Positions 1 through 7,221 of a stretch of 17,708 nucleotides of DNA are shown one piece after another. How positions within the stretch are numbered: position 1 is the first letter of the stretch; the number at the start of each line of letters is the position of its first letter. The DNA is from Fidelibacterota bacterium (GTDB taxonomy: Bacteria; Fidelibacterota; Marinisomatia; Marinisomatales; S15-B10). Location: NCBI GenBank assembly GCA_046861655.1, contig JBHIAI010000027.1, positions 1 through 17,708 on the forward strand, given 5' to 3'. The translations under genes and the position numbers were made by a program. Under the pieces are notes generated by a model. The model was not told where the DNA came from and searched no databases. It saw only the letters and a list, made by a program, of their open reading frames with translations.

Positions 1-1
1 C

Positions 2-3000
2 GGTTACTTCTACCGGCAGGTTTATCTTAACTATCTCCTCCTGGGAGATCCGGAACTCTCCTTCCATACCGATAACCCCGTGCCGCTGGTGGTAGAGGGG
101 CCTTCTTTTGTCTCTCTGGGTCCGTCGGAGCTGTCCCTCACAGTCTACGACACTTCCGGGGGTCGTAATCGTCCCGTAGGCGGGGCTACGGTATGCGTCA
201 CGAAAAAGGGGGAAGTGTACGTTATGGGGACCACCGGTTCATCGGGGGAGGTCACCCTCCCCGTGGCTCCCCTTACGCCCGGCGATCTCAAGATTACGGC
301 TACCGGGCACAACGCCCGCTCTTTTCTGACTACAGTGGAAGTTCGGGGAATTCAGAGACCTTTTGCCTACTGTGGAGGTTTGGCGGTGATGGACTCCACG
401 GGGGGAAACGGGGACGAGATCCTGAATCCCGGCGAGACGGCAACCCTGGGGATATCCATCACGAACAGCGGGGGCTGGGTCCTGTCGGGAGGAAAAGATT
501 CTCCTCTCCATGTCAGACTGGTCAGCCCGTCCAGTGACGTGGTGGTTTCAGACGACCATGTGGGGATGGAAACCTCCATCGCTCCAGGAGACAGTGCCTG
601 GGCGTTTTTCGAGGTGGTCGCAGCCAGGAATATTCCGGATGAAACGGTTGTTCCTCTTCATGTGACCATACGTAATCGCGATGGGGTTTGGGAGGACACG
701 GTCAGGGTCACTCTGCGCTCCCCGGACATCCGCCACTTTCTCAGCCGGTACGATGAGGCCGAAGGAGAACGGCAATGTTGGTTGACCGTGGTCAACGAAG
801 GAACGGGGAGTGCCGAAGGAGTTTCGGGGAACTTGACGATTCTCTCTGGCAATGGGATGATCCGGGATGGAAGGCACCTCTACGGCTCCATGGAGCCGGG
901 AGGGACGGAAACGGGACGTTTCCGGTTTCGCCTTTTTGATGATCTTACGAACATGGTTCTTCGGCTGGCATTGACGGACCGGTACGGTCAAAGCTGGGAG
1001 CATGACTTCGATCTGGTGGCCCCAACCCATCCCCAGGATCTTCAGTTCTCGCCGCACAAAGAAGCGATCCGGTTATTCTGGAAGCCCAGCGAGGAGCCGG
1101 ATCTTGCCGGATACACCGTCTTCCGCAGTGACTCTTCAGGGGGACCCTACGTCCGGGTACTCGACACTCCGCTTTCGAACATAGCCTACTACCAGGATGC
1201 GGGGCTGGAGGGGGGCCAATTCTACTGGTACCGGGTCTCTGCGGTGGATTCGTCCGGGAACGAAAGTGTGTGGTCTGACAGCCTTCCCGCCTGGACCGAA
1301 CAGGGGTTCGCCCGGGGGTGGCCCGTCACCCTGGATACCCGGGTCAGGTCCGGTCCGTCCATGGTGGACGTGGACAGGGATGGAGATACGGAAATGTTTG
1401 TGGGGACGATGAACGGAACCATCTATACTTCCATGGTCGCAGATGGAAGTCCGTCTCCTCTTACGGCTTTTGTCCGGCCGGGGGGGGCGGTCTGGAGTAA
1501 GCCGGCCGTGGATGACATAGACAGGGATGGAAACCTGGAGATGGTGGTAAGCCTCTGGAACGGGTCCGCGGGGGGGACGGTCCAGGTCTGGAAGATCCAG
1601 GATTCCGACGGGGATGGAATCCCCGATCCGGCCTCGTCGGGGTGGCCCACCGATGCGGTCAGCAAGGCCGGTTTCATCTCATCGCCCGTTCTGGCGGATG
1701 TGGATGGGGACCCCTATCTGGAAGTGATGGCCATGGACCTGGGGGGCCAGGTCTTTCTGTGGGAGCACGATGGATCTCTCAAGGAGGGGTGGCCGAAAGT
1801 GGCGGGACACGGGTCCGGAAGAGGACATCTGTACGCCACGGTGGCGGTGGGGAATCTGGATGGGGACCCGGAGTTTGAGATTGTGGCCTGCGGAGGCAAC
1901 CGCGCCCAGGACGTGGGCTCAATCTACGTGTGGGGAGAGGCCTCTCTCGATACGCCCCTGGTTTTCCAGGGGCCCGGTCCTTTTTCCGCTTCCCCGATTC
2001 TTGTGGATCTCGATGAGGATGGCGACCTTGAAATCGTGGCCCTCTCCGAGAGACACCGACTGTACGTCCTGGAAAAGGACGGATCCTTTCTCCCGGGCTG
2101 GGAAGAAGGAAAAAGAGTGAATGTCATCAACGTACGGGATCACAATATGATCACCCCTTCTCCGGCGGTGGCCGATCTGGATAATGACGGTCAGCTGGAG
2201 ATCGTCGTCTCCGGGGCCAACAGTGTGGGTGCGTGGAAATCAGACGGATCCGTGGTGGAGGGGTTTCCCCTGACGGGGATAGGGCTTCCCATGTCTCCCG
2301 TTCTGGCAGATGTGGACGGGGATCTGGAAATTGAGATTGTTGTGGGAGCGGGCGACTGGAAACTGTACGCCTTCAACCCCGATGGGTCCAGGGTTCCGGG
2401 ATGGCCAGTGTCGGTAGGGGCACCCATTGTTTCCATCAGCGGGGTGGGAGATATGGACGGGAATGGACGCACGGATATTGTGTGGGCCAGTGATGATTTC
2501 AAGGTTTACCGGTTGGAGACTTCGGGGGACCCCTCCCGCGTTCCCTGGGGCACGTTTCATCACGACATGGCCAATACGGGTCTTTATCATTACCGGAGTG
2601 AACCCCTGGCGGTGGAAGGAACCGTGAGCGATGCGGGAGTATTGCCGTCACGCTACGGATTGGATCAAAACTTCCCGAATCCCTTCAATGCCGTCACCGT
2701 TATCCGGTATGCCCTGGCTGAAGACTCAAGAGTGGTACTCGTGGTTTTTGATCTGCGTGGAAGGAAGGTCAAAACTCTTGTGGATCGAGCAGAACCCCGA
2801 GGGGTTCGCTCCGTGTCCTGGCACGGACGGGATGATTCCGGAAAGCCAGTGGCGAGTGGAGTGTACTTCGTTCACCTGCGGGCCGGTTCTCCTTCGACCC
2901 TTCGGCTTGGCTCAGGGCAGGCAGGCTCCCCGCTTTCACCGGGCTCAGCGGGACGGGCAGGACAAGTTTTCAGGCAAACCCGGAAGATGGTTCTGGTCAG

Positions 3001-3004
3001 GTAG
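2..3004 (+). CDS. Large secreted protein, 5'-truncated: end of a C25 (gingipain-like) peptidase domain, Ig-like domains, FN3, FG-GAP/VCBS repeats and a C-terminal FlgD-Ig/secretion-signal domain
   Basis: The frame is open from base 2 (GYFYRQVYLNYLLLGDPELSFHT...), upstream of the GTG at 80, and 'LLGDP' is the typical end of C25 catalytic domains. Other motifs: NGDEILNPGET Ig motif; FN3 (LFWKPS..DLAGYTVFR..YWYRVSAVD..GNES); many DxDxDGxxE repeats; C-terminal 'L.QNFPNPFN...WHGRDDSG..VASGVYF..L...TRKMVLVR'. Confidence 0.85.
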   Translation, partial: GYFYRQVYLNYLLLGDPELSFHTDNPVPLVVEGPSFVSLGPSELSLTVYDTSGGRNRPVGGATVCVTKKGEVYVMGTTGSSGEVTLPVAPLTPGDLKITATGHNARSFLTTVEVRGIQRPFAYCGGLAVMDSTGGNGDEILNPGETATLGISITNSGGWVLSGGKDSPLHVRLVSPSSDVVVSDDHVGMETSIAPGDSAWAFFEVVAARNIPDETVVPLHVTIRNRDGVWEDTVRVTLRSPDIRHFLSRYDEAEGERQCWLTVVNEGTGSAEGVSGNLTILSGNGMIRDGRHLYGSMEPGGTETGRFRFRLFDDLTNMVLRLALTDRYGQSWEHDFDLVAPTHPQDLQFSPHKEAIRLFWKPSEEPDLAGYTVFRSDSSGGPYVRVLDTPLSNIAYYQDAGLEGGQFYWYRVSAVDSSGNESVWSDSLPAWTEQGFARGWPVTLDTRVRSGPSMVDVDRDGDTEMFVGTMNGTIYTSMVADGSPSPLTAFVRPGGAVWSKPAVDDIDRDGNLEMVVSLWNGSAGGTVQVWKIQDSDGDGIPDPASSGWPTDAVSKAGFISSPVLADVDGDPYLEVMAMDLGGQVFLWEHDGSLKEGWPKVAGHGSGRGHLYATVAVGNLDGDPEFEIVACGGNRAQDVGSIYVWGEASLDTPLVFQGPGPFSASPILVDLDEDGDLEIVALSERHRLYVLEKDGSFLPGWEEGKRVNVINVRDHNMITPSPAVADLDNDGQLEIVVSGANSVGAWKSDGSVVEGFPLTGIGLPMSPVLADVDGDLEIEIVVGAGDWKLYAFNPDGSRVPGWPVSVGAPIVSISGVGDMDGNGRTDIVWASDDFKVYRLETSGDPSRVPWGTFHHDMANTGLYHYRSEPLAVEGTVSDAGVLPSRYGLDQNFPNPFNAVTVIRYALAEDSRVVLVVFDLRGRKVKTLVDRAEPRGVRSVSWHGRDDSGKPVASGVYFVHLRAGSPSTLRLGSGQAGSPLSPGSAGRAGQVFRQTRKMVLVR
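2888..2962 (+). repeat. In-frame 75-nt insertion of REP-like motifs (CCCTTCG..GCTCAGGGCAGGC and CCCGCT..AGCGGG) in the C-terminal domain
   Basis: Adds 25 residues (SPSTLRLGSGQAGSPLSPGSAGRAG) between the usually adjacent 'LRAG' and 'xxFxQTRKM'. It shares CCCTTCG...GCTCAGG.CA with the reverse strand at 10385-10405. Confidence 0.65.
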
Positions 3005-3112
3005 CCCGGGACACATAGGGGTTGGATGTGTTTGAGCATCGGGGATAAATTAGGGAGGTGTCTGGTTGAGAATTCCGATGGTTTTTTCGAGGCTGGAGAT
3101 AAGACGCCCTAT

Positions 3113-3187
3113 GGTGGGGGTAGCTCAGCCGGTTAGAGCTCCAGGTTGTGGCCCTGGCGGTCGTGGGTTCGAATCCCATCCCTCACC
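3113..3187 (+). tRNA. tRNA-His (GTG)
   Basis: Cloverleaf: encoded G-1; acceptor GTGGGGG/CCCTCAC with C73; D arm GCTC/GAGC; anticodon stem CCAGG/CCTGG with loop TT-GTG-GC (anticodon 3148-3150); T arm GTGGG-TTCGAAT-CCCAT. CCA is not encoded. Confidence 0.97.
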
Positions 3188-3244
3188 CTGAATCCAGGTT
3201 TGCCCGGTAGAAGGATCGGGTTTTTCGGCAACCCCGTCCTGCTA

Positions 3245-3283
3245 ACACAAAAAAGTCCCGCTTCGTCGGGACTTGTTGTTTTT
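3245..3283. terminator. Bidirectional intrinsic terminator
   Basis: Stem AAGTCCCG (3253-3260), loop CTTCGT, CGGGACTT (3267-3274), with an A-tract before and a T-rich tract after. It lies between the convergent tRNA-His and SMC-like genes. Confidence 0.7.
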
Positions 3284-3303
3284 GCCCTTGGTGTCGAGTG
3301 AAC

Positions 3304-5151
3304 TTACGAAAACGTGTGGGATAGTTTGATTCCCGATTGTTTCTCTTTGGGAACCAGACTGGTGACCACCGTATAGGGAACAAGGGTAAGGATGAATTTT
3401 ACCATCCTCCGGAACCGTGTGGCGTCGTAGAAGGATGTCTCGTCGGCGAGGAACAACGGAAAGTCGGGCAGGTATTCCTGCTTGCCTGCCAGCATGAGGA
3501 CCAGTCCCGCAGTCTCCTTTTCCCCCCGGCTGAGGGAGGCAACCGAGTCGTGGGCTGTAGTATCCTTCTGGCGGCGTACGATTTTCAGGTCGAAGTTATC
3601 GTCCAGGTATATCCGATCGAACACTTCGTCAAACTCCATGAGGGAATACACCTGTGCGATCTGCCGGTTGAACCGCTCCCGGGCCACGCGTTTTACCTCT
3701 TCGGCGCGCCTGGAAACATAGTCGAGCGCCCTTTCAAGAAAAGACTTCTCATCCACAAGATAGTCGATCACGGACCGGACGTCGCCAAGGCTTTCGATTT
3801 CGGTTTTTATGGTCTTCACGTTCTCGTCCAGCCGGGCGATTTCTTCATCCAGGGCTCGCCGCCGGTTCAGCATATTACGCAGGTTCTTATCCACACTGGC
3901 TTCCAGTTCCTGGACCTTCTCAATCAGGGTCTTTCTCTTTGCCACCTTGGTGTCGAGCTCTTTTTCCAGGGATTCGATTTTCTTTCTATCGCCCACCAGG
4001 GATTCGGTGGCTGCCAGGAGCTTTTGCCTCAGTTCGCTCTTGACCCGGATGGCGTAATGGCTCAGGGAATTGTAGTTTCTTTCGATTCTTTCCCGGGCGT
4101 TCCTGAGTTCAACCACAAGGTCGCGAATCTCCCGCTGCTCCCTCTCAAGCTTCTTCTGGCGGTCCCTCAGCAGATCGGGGGTGATGGTCTGGCCGCAGGT
4201 GGGACAGATATCCTGGCCGTATTCCATGTAGTGTTCGAGACCACTGTTGGTTTTGTCCAGGCTGTCATCCACCACAGCGATCCGGCTTTCGGTCTTGGCC
4301 TGCCTGCTCTTCAGGTCGGATAGCTCCCGGTCCAGTTCCTCCAACTCCTTTTCGATGTCGGGGTGCTCCTTCTCGAACAGGGAAACCTCGGCTCTCAGCC
4401 GCCGCTCCTGGGTTTCATTGCTGGAAATGCGGTTCTTCAGCCTCTGGATTTCCCCGTGAAGATGGGCGATCTTGGGGATCAGTTCTCCCAGTTCAAAATC
4501 CAGGGAAGACAGGGTCATGGTCAGTTTCTTGTTTTCCTCCAGGGTCTCGATGGAGACGTCCGAAAGTTTTCCACGTTCTTCCTCCCGCCGGGCCAGAAGC
4601 TTTCCCTTCTCTTGTAGATCGCCGTATAACGATTTCAGTCTGACCAGGGTCTCGTGATGCTCACCCAATTCCTCCCGGGTTCGCTCGAATTCCCGGTTGA
4701 GATAATTCTCCAGGAGCTCGAAATACCGGTAATCTGAGAATTCGAGAATAAGGTTCCGCAACGGTTTTCCCGATTTCAACCGGGCCAGGAGCTCATTCTC
4801 CTCAGAGGCCACGGCAAAAAGGGTACATTTTTTCTCCTCTGGATGGAGGGGTTCTCCCCCAACCGATACCCTGCCGTTACTTCCCGTGATGCGGCGTACG
4901 GACCGGCTGGAATTCCAGGAAAGCTCGGCCCGGGCCGACCGTTCAAAGGCATTCAGGAAATACCGGTGCCGTTCCAGCTCCTGGCTGTCCATGATCAGAG
5001 CCTGAAGGCCCCGGATGATAGAGGTTTTTCCCGCCGCATTGGGGGCGGATATGAGGTTGAGCCCTTCTTTCAATGTGTACTCATGCCTGCCGGCCAGACC
5101 CCCAATGTTTTCCAGCACAAGCTTGAGGTCGCCTTGAGCCGGTGCAGTCAC
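3304..5151 (-). CDS. SMC/Rad50-like coiled-coil ABC ATPase with zinc hook, resembling archaeal Sph/ClsN/Arcadin-4-type SMC-related proteins
   Basis: N-terminal 'LENIGGL...GLNLISAPNAAGKTS' (Walker A); long coiled coil; central CPTC hook (4195-4206); C-terminal signature LSRGE, Walker B FLADE and D-loop SFYD. The GTG start overlaps the upstream TGA (GTGA) and is preceded by an AAGGGAG SD. Confidence 0.88.
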   Translation of the reverse strand: MTAPAQGDLKLVLENIGGLAGRHEYTLKEGLNLISAPNAAGKTSIIRGLQALIMDSQELERHRYFLNAFERSARAELSWNSSRSVRRITGSNGRVSVGGEPLHPEEKKCTLFAVASEENELLARLKSGKPLRNLILEFSDYRYFELLENYLNREFERTREELGEHHETLVRLKSLYGDLQEKGKLLARREEERGKLSDVSIETLEENKKLTMTLSSLDFELGELIPKIAHLHGEIQRLKNRISSNETQERRLRAEVSLFEKEHPDIEKELEELDRELSDLKSRQAKTESRIAVVDDSLDKTNSGLEHYMEYGQDICPTCGQTITPDLLRDRQKKLEREQREIRDLVVELRNARERIERNYNSLSHYAIRVKSELRQKLLAATESLVGDRKKIESLEKELDTKVAKRKTLIEKVQELEASVDKNLRNMLNRRRALDEEIARLDENVKTIKTEIESLGDVRSVIDYLVDEKSFLERALDYVSRRAEEVKRVARERFNRQIAQVYSLMEFDEVFDRIYLDDNFDLKIVRRQKDTTAHDSVASLSRGEKETAGLVLMLAGKQEYLPDFPLFLADETSFYDATRFRRMVKFILTLVPYTVVTSLVPKEKQSGIKLSHTFS

Positions 5152-5662
5152 TTCTTCTTATCTCCCTTCTTCTTTCGCCATTCAGATAGGTACTTTTCCA
5201 CAACCCCCCTGAGGCTTTTTTCGATCCCGGGCGTAAGACCGTCCTCCTTCCGAAGACGATTCGTGTCCCTTTTTAGGAGCTCTATCCCCTCCCGGGCGAA
5301 CTTGGAGAGAAATTCAGTGTTATCTCCTCCAGCTCCTTCAAACTGGGGAGATTCTCTTTCTTCAAAGTCGCCTTCCGGGTGGGATAGTTTGCCTTTCCCT
5401 TTTCCAGTTTCCAATCTGATGCCCTTCTGATTTTGTCTGGAATCTGCCAGCTTCTGAGTTCTTCCGCTACGTAGAGGTCCACGAACATGGGATTGCGGCG
5501 CTTTTCCTTCCAGGCCCACATGAGGGATTTTCCGTCGTTCTTCATGACAAAAACGTTGGGAGCAAGTTTTCCGAGAAACAGGTCCCTTCCTCTTCGTTGA
5601 TAGGCTTTGCGTATCTGGTCCCGGGATCGCCGGTGGGTGGTGATGAGTATCAGAACAGCCAT
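5148..5662 (-). CDS. Hypothetical basic protein, SMC-operon partner; probably one ~170-aa gene split by a -1 frameshift near 5310-5318
   Basis: The ATG at 5662 has a GAAAGGA SD and gives a 126-aa ORF (stop at 5282) ending in a junk-like tail, NFSPSSPGRG. The -1 frame continues EFLSKFAREGIELLKRD...KKK to a TGA overlapping the SMC start codon. Confidence 0.6.
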
Positions 5663-5716
5663 ATCATCCTTTCCCAGGGGCCGTCGTGCAACCTCTCCAG
5701 ATCCGTTAAGGTCCTA

Positions 5717-5746
5717 TGTATAGTTGGAGCGGGGAGCCGCTTTCAA
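5717..5746 (-). promoter_or_regulatory. Candidate sigma70 promoter of the SMC operon
   Basis: Minus strand TTGAAA-18 nt-TATACA, about 55 nt upstream of ATG 5662, with an AT-rich stretch further upstream. Confidence 0.4.
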
Positions 5747-5774
5747 GAAAATTTACTGAATAAACGGAACAAAT

Positions 5775-6362
5775 TCACGGGGTAGTTGGGGCGGTGGAAA
5801 GGTACTGGAGTCCTGAAGTGACGGCGACGAACTCGGGATAGCCCGGTATGAGTGTGGTTGAGAATGCCCAACGGGGACTGATGTTGGTATCCAACTGAAC
5901 TTCGCCGGCATACCAGATGAACCGGTACTGCCAGGTGTCCGTTCTCTGGAATAGTCCCTCATCCACATAGCCTGGCAAGTTTTTCCAGTCTTTCCTGTAG
6001 AAGAGGGTTGGACCGATTCCGACACTAACGGAATGGGTAGCATCGGACCTCCGTCCCCTGAAGCCTACATGGGTGAAACCCGCCAACTGGTTGGCACAAT
6101 CCAGGAAGAGACCCTGCACCATCTTCAGGGACACGTCTCCGCTGGGGATCATGACTTCGTAGGAAAGAATAAGCCCCACGTTCAAAACTGCCAGGCCGCT
6201 TTTGTCCAGTTTCCGCCGGTAGAGGTGAGGATGGGGGCTCTTCTTCAGGTGGAAAGGGAGACCCATGAACTTCAACCCGATTTGCACCTGGGGGAAGACC
6301 TCAGAAACCCCAAGCAAAATGAAAAGGGCTGCTGTTGGAAGCTTCCTGTTCAACCCCACCAT
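5775..6362 (-). CDS. Hypothetical exported protein, possible outer-membrane beta-barrel
   Basis: Likely start ATG 6362 (MVGLNRKLPTAALFILLGVSEVFP, signal-like). Alternating hydrophobic/polar beta-strand patterns (LNVGLILSYE, VSVGIGPTLFY, TSGLQY). Confidence 0.7.
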   Translation of the reverse strand: MVGLNRKLPTAALFILLGVSEVFPQVQIGLKFMGLPFHLKKSPHPHLYRRKLDKSGLAVLNVGLILSYEVMIPSGDVSLKMVQGLFLDCANQLAGFTHVGFRGRRSDATHSVSVGIGPTLFYRKDWKNLPGYVDEGLFQRTDTWQYRFIWYAGEVQLDTNISPRWAFSTTLIPGYPEFVAVTSGLQYLSTAPTTP

Positions 6363-6500
6363 GGTTTCCCCATGAAATTTAACCCGTCGTGGGATCAACG
6401 CAAGAACAAAGGTGAGGTTGCTGAAGACCGGCTTGAAGGCGTAACTTGTTCCGAGACAGATCGAAATCTATCACCGCAGTCGTGAAAAAAAGGAGGAAAC

Positions 6501-6680
6501 ATGACGGACCAGCTAAACAGAATTTCCTGGATCGTGGCCGCTCTCTTTGTTCTGGGGGGCGTTCTGAGCAAGTTTGCCGGAGTTCAGATAGTGGGGATCC
6601 GTAGCAACATCAGCTATTTCCACGCCGCCAACACTGCCCTGCTGTTCGGTATCCTGTTTTCCCTTCAAAGGCCCCGCTGA
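6501..6680 (+). CDS. Small 59-aa membrane protein with two hydrophobic segments; absent from the ORF track
   Basis: Strong SD AAGGAGG, then ATG 6501: MTDQLNRISWIVAALFVLGGVLSKFAGVQIVGIRSNISYFHAANTALLFGILFSLQRPR*. Confidence 0.8.
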   Translation: MTDQLNRISWIVAALFVLGGVLSKFAGVQIVGIRSNISYFHAANTALLFGILFSLQRPR

Positions 6681-6720
6681 TCTTCTCTTAGAGATCGGTC
6701 CCGGGCATTCCCACCCGATC

Positions 6721-6749
6721 TTGATTCCCCGGGCCCGATTACGTATCTT
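6721..6749 (+). promoter_or_regulatory. Candidate sigma70 promoter overlapping an inverted repeat
   Basis: TTGATT-17 nt-TATCTT, about 30 nt upstream of ATG 6781. It overlaps the right arm of the 6694-6739 palindrome. Confidence 0.45.
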
Positions 6750-6780
6750 ATTGCGGCAAGTTTTAGGAGGAGGTGCCGAC

Positions 6781-7203
6781 ATGAAAAACGTGCTTGTGGG
6801 GGCTATCCTTTTCACGGTCTTCCTCACCCTGGACGCAGCGGGGGGAAGAAAACCTGCCGCGGTCCGTGGGGAAGTGATCTGCCTCACCTGCTATCTCAAA
6901 GACGGCCGCGAAGCGTCAGGTCCCGACCACAGGGCCTGCGCAGAGGCGTGTTACCGCCAGGGTCTCCCACTGGCCATCCTCCAGGAGGAGACGGGAGATC
7001 TTTTCCTCCCTGTTACCACCGGTATGTCCAAGAGGGGGACGGACCAGGAGAGGTTTGTCTGTTCCCTTGTGGAACATACTCCGGTCCGGTCAAAGCTCAA
7101 CCAATACTTCGGGGAAACGGTGGAAGTCACCGGGGACGCCTTCCCCGGTAACGGGGTAACCCTGTTGACCGTTGAGGCTGTCGAACACCAGATTCAAGAG
7201 TAG
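6781..7203 (+). CDS. Exported Cys/His-motif hypothetical protein (CxxC...HxxCxxxC)
   Basis: SD AGGAGGAGG before ATG 6781; signal peptide MKNVLVGAILFTVFLTLDA; motif GEVICLTCY...HRACAEAC...GLPLAIL; C-terminal G.TVEVTG, OB-fold-like. Confidence 0.8.
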   Translation: MKNVLVGAILFTVFLTLDAAGGRKPAAVRGEVICLTCYLKDGREASGPDHRACAEACYRQGLPLAILQEETGDLFLPVTTGMSKRGTDQERFVCSLVEHTPVRSKLNQYFGETVEVTGDAFPGNGVTLLTVEAVEHQIQE

Positions 7204-7221
7204 CTCCCGTTCTGCCGTACA

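Noticed and set aside
80..82. GTG at 80 as the start of the first CDS
   Set aside because: The frame is open to the window edge and encodes the C25-type 'LLGDP' motif, so the gene begins upstream of the window.
3337..4323. 328-aa plus-strand ORF
   Set aside because: Antisense shadow of the SMC-like gene with no recognisable motifs. The same applies to 548-1057, 7237-7965, 8939-9388 and similar ORFs.
3304..5151. Calling the ATPase sbcC, recN or smc
   Set aside because: It has a zinc hook rather than a hinge, is short, has degenerate motifs, and has no adjacent sbcD or scpAB, so a gene symbol is not justified.
5320..5519. N-terminal part of the 123-aa ORF 5148-5519 as an independent gene
   Set aside because: It overlaps the better-supported 5282-5662 ORF out of frame and looks non-protein-like. 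Only its last ~54 codons look real.
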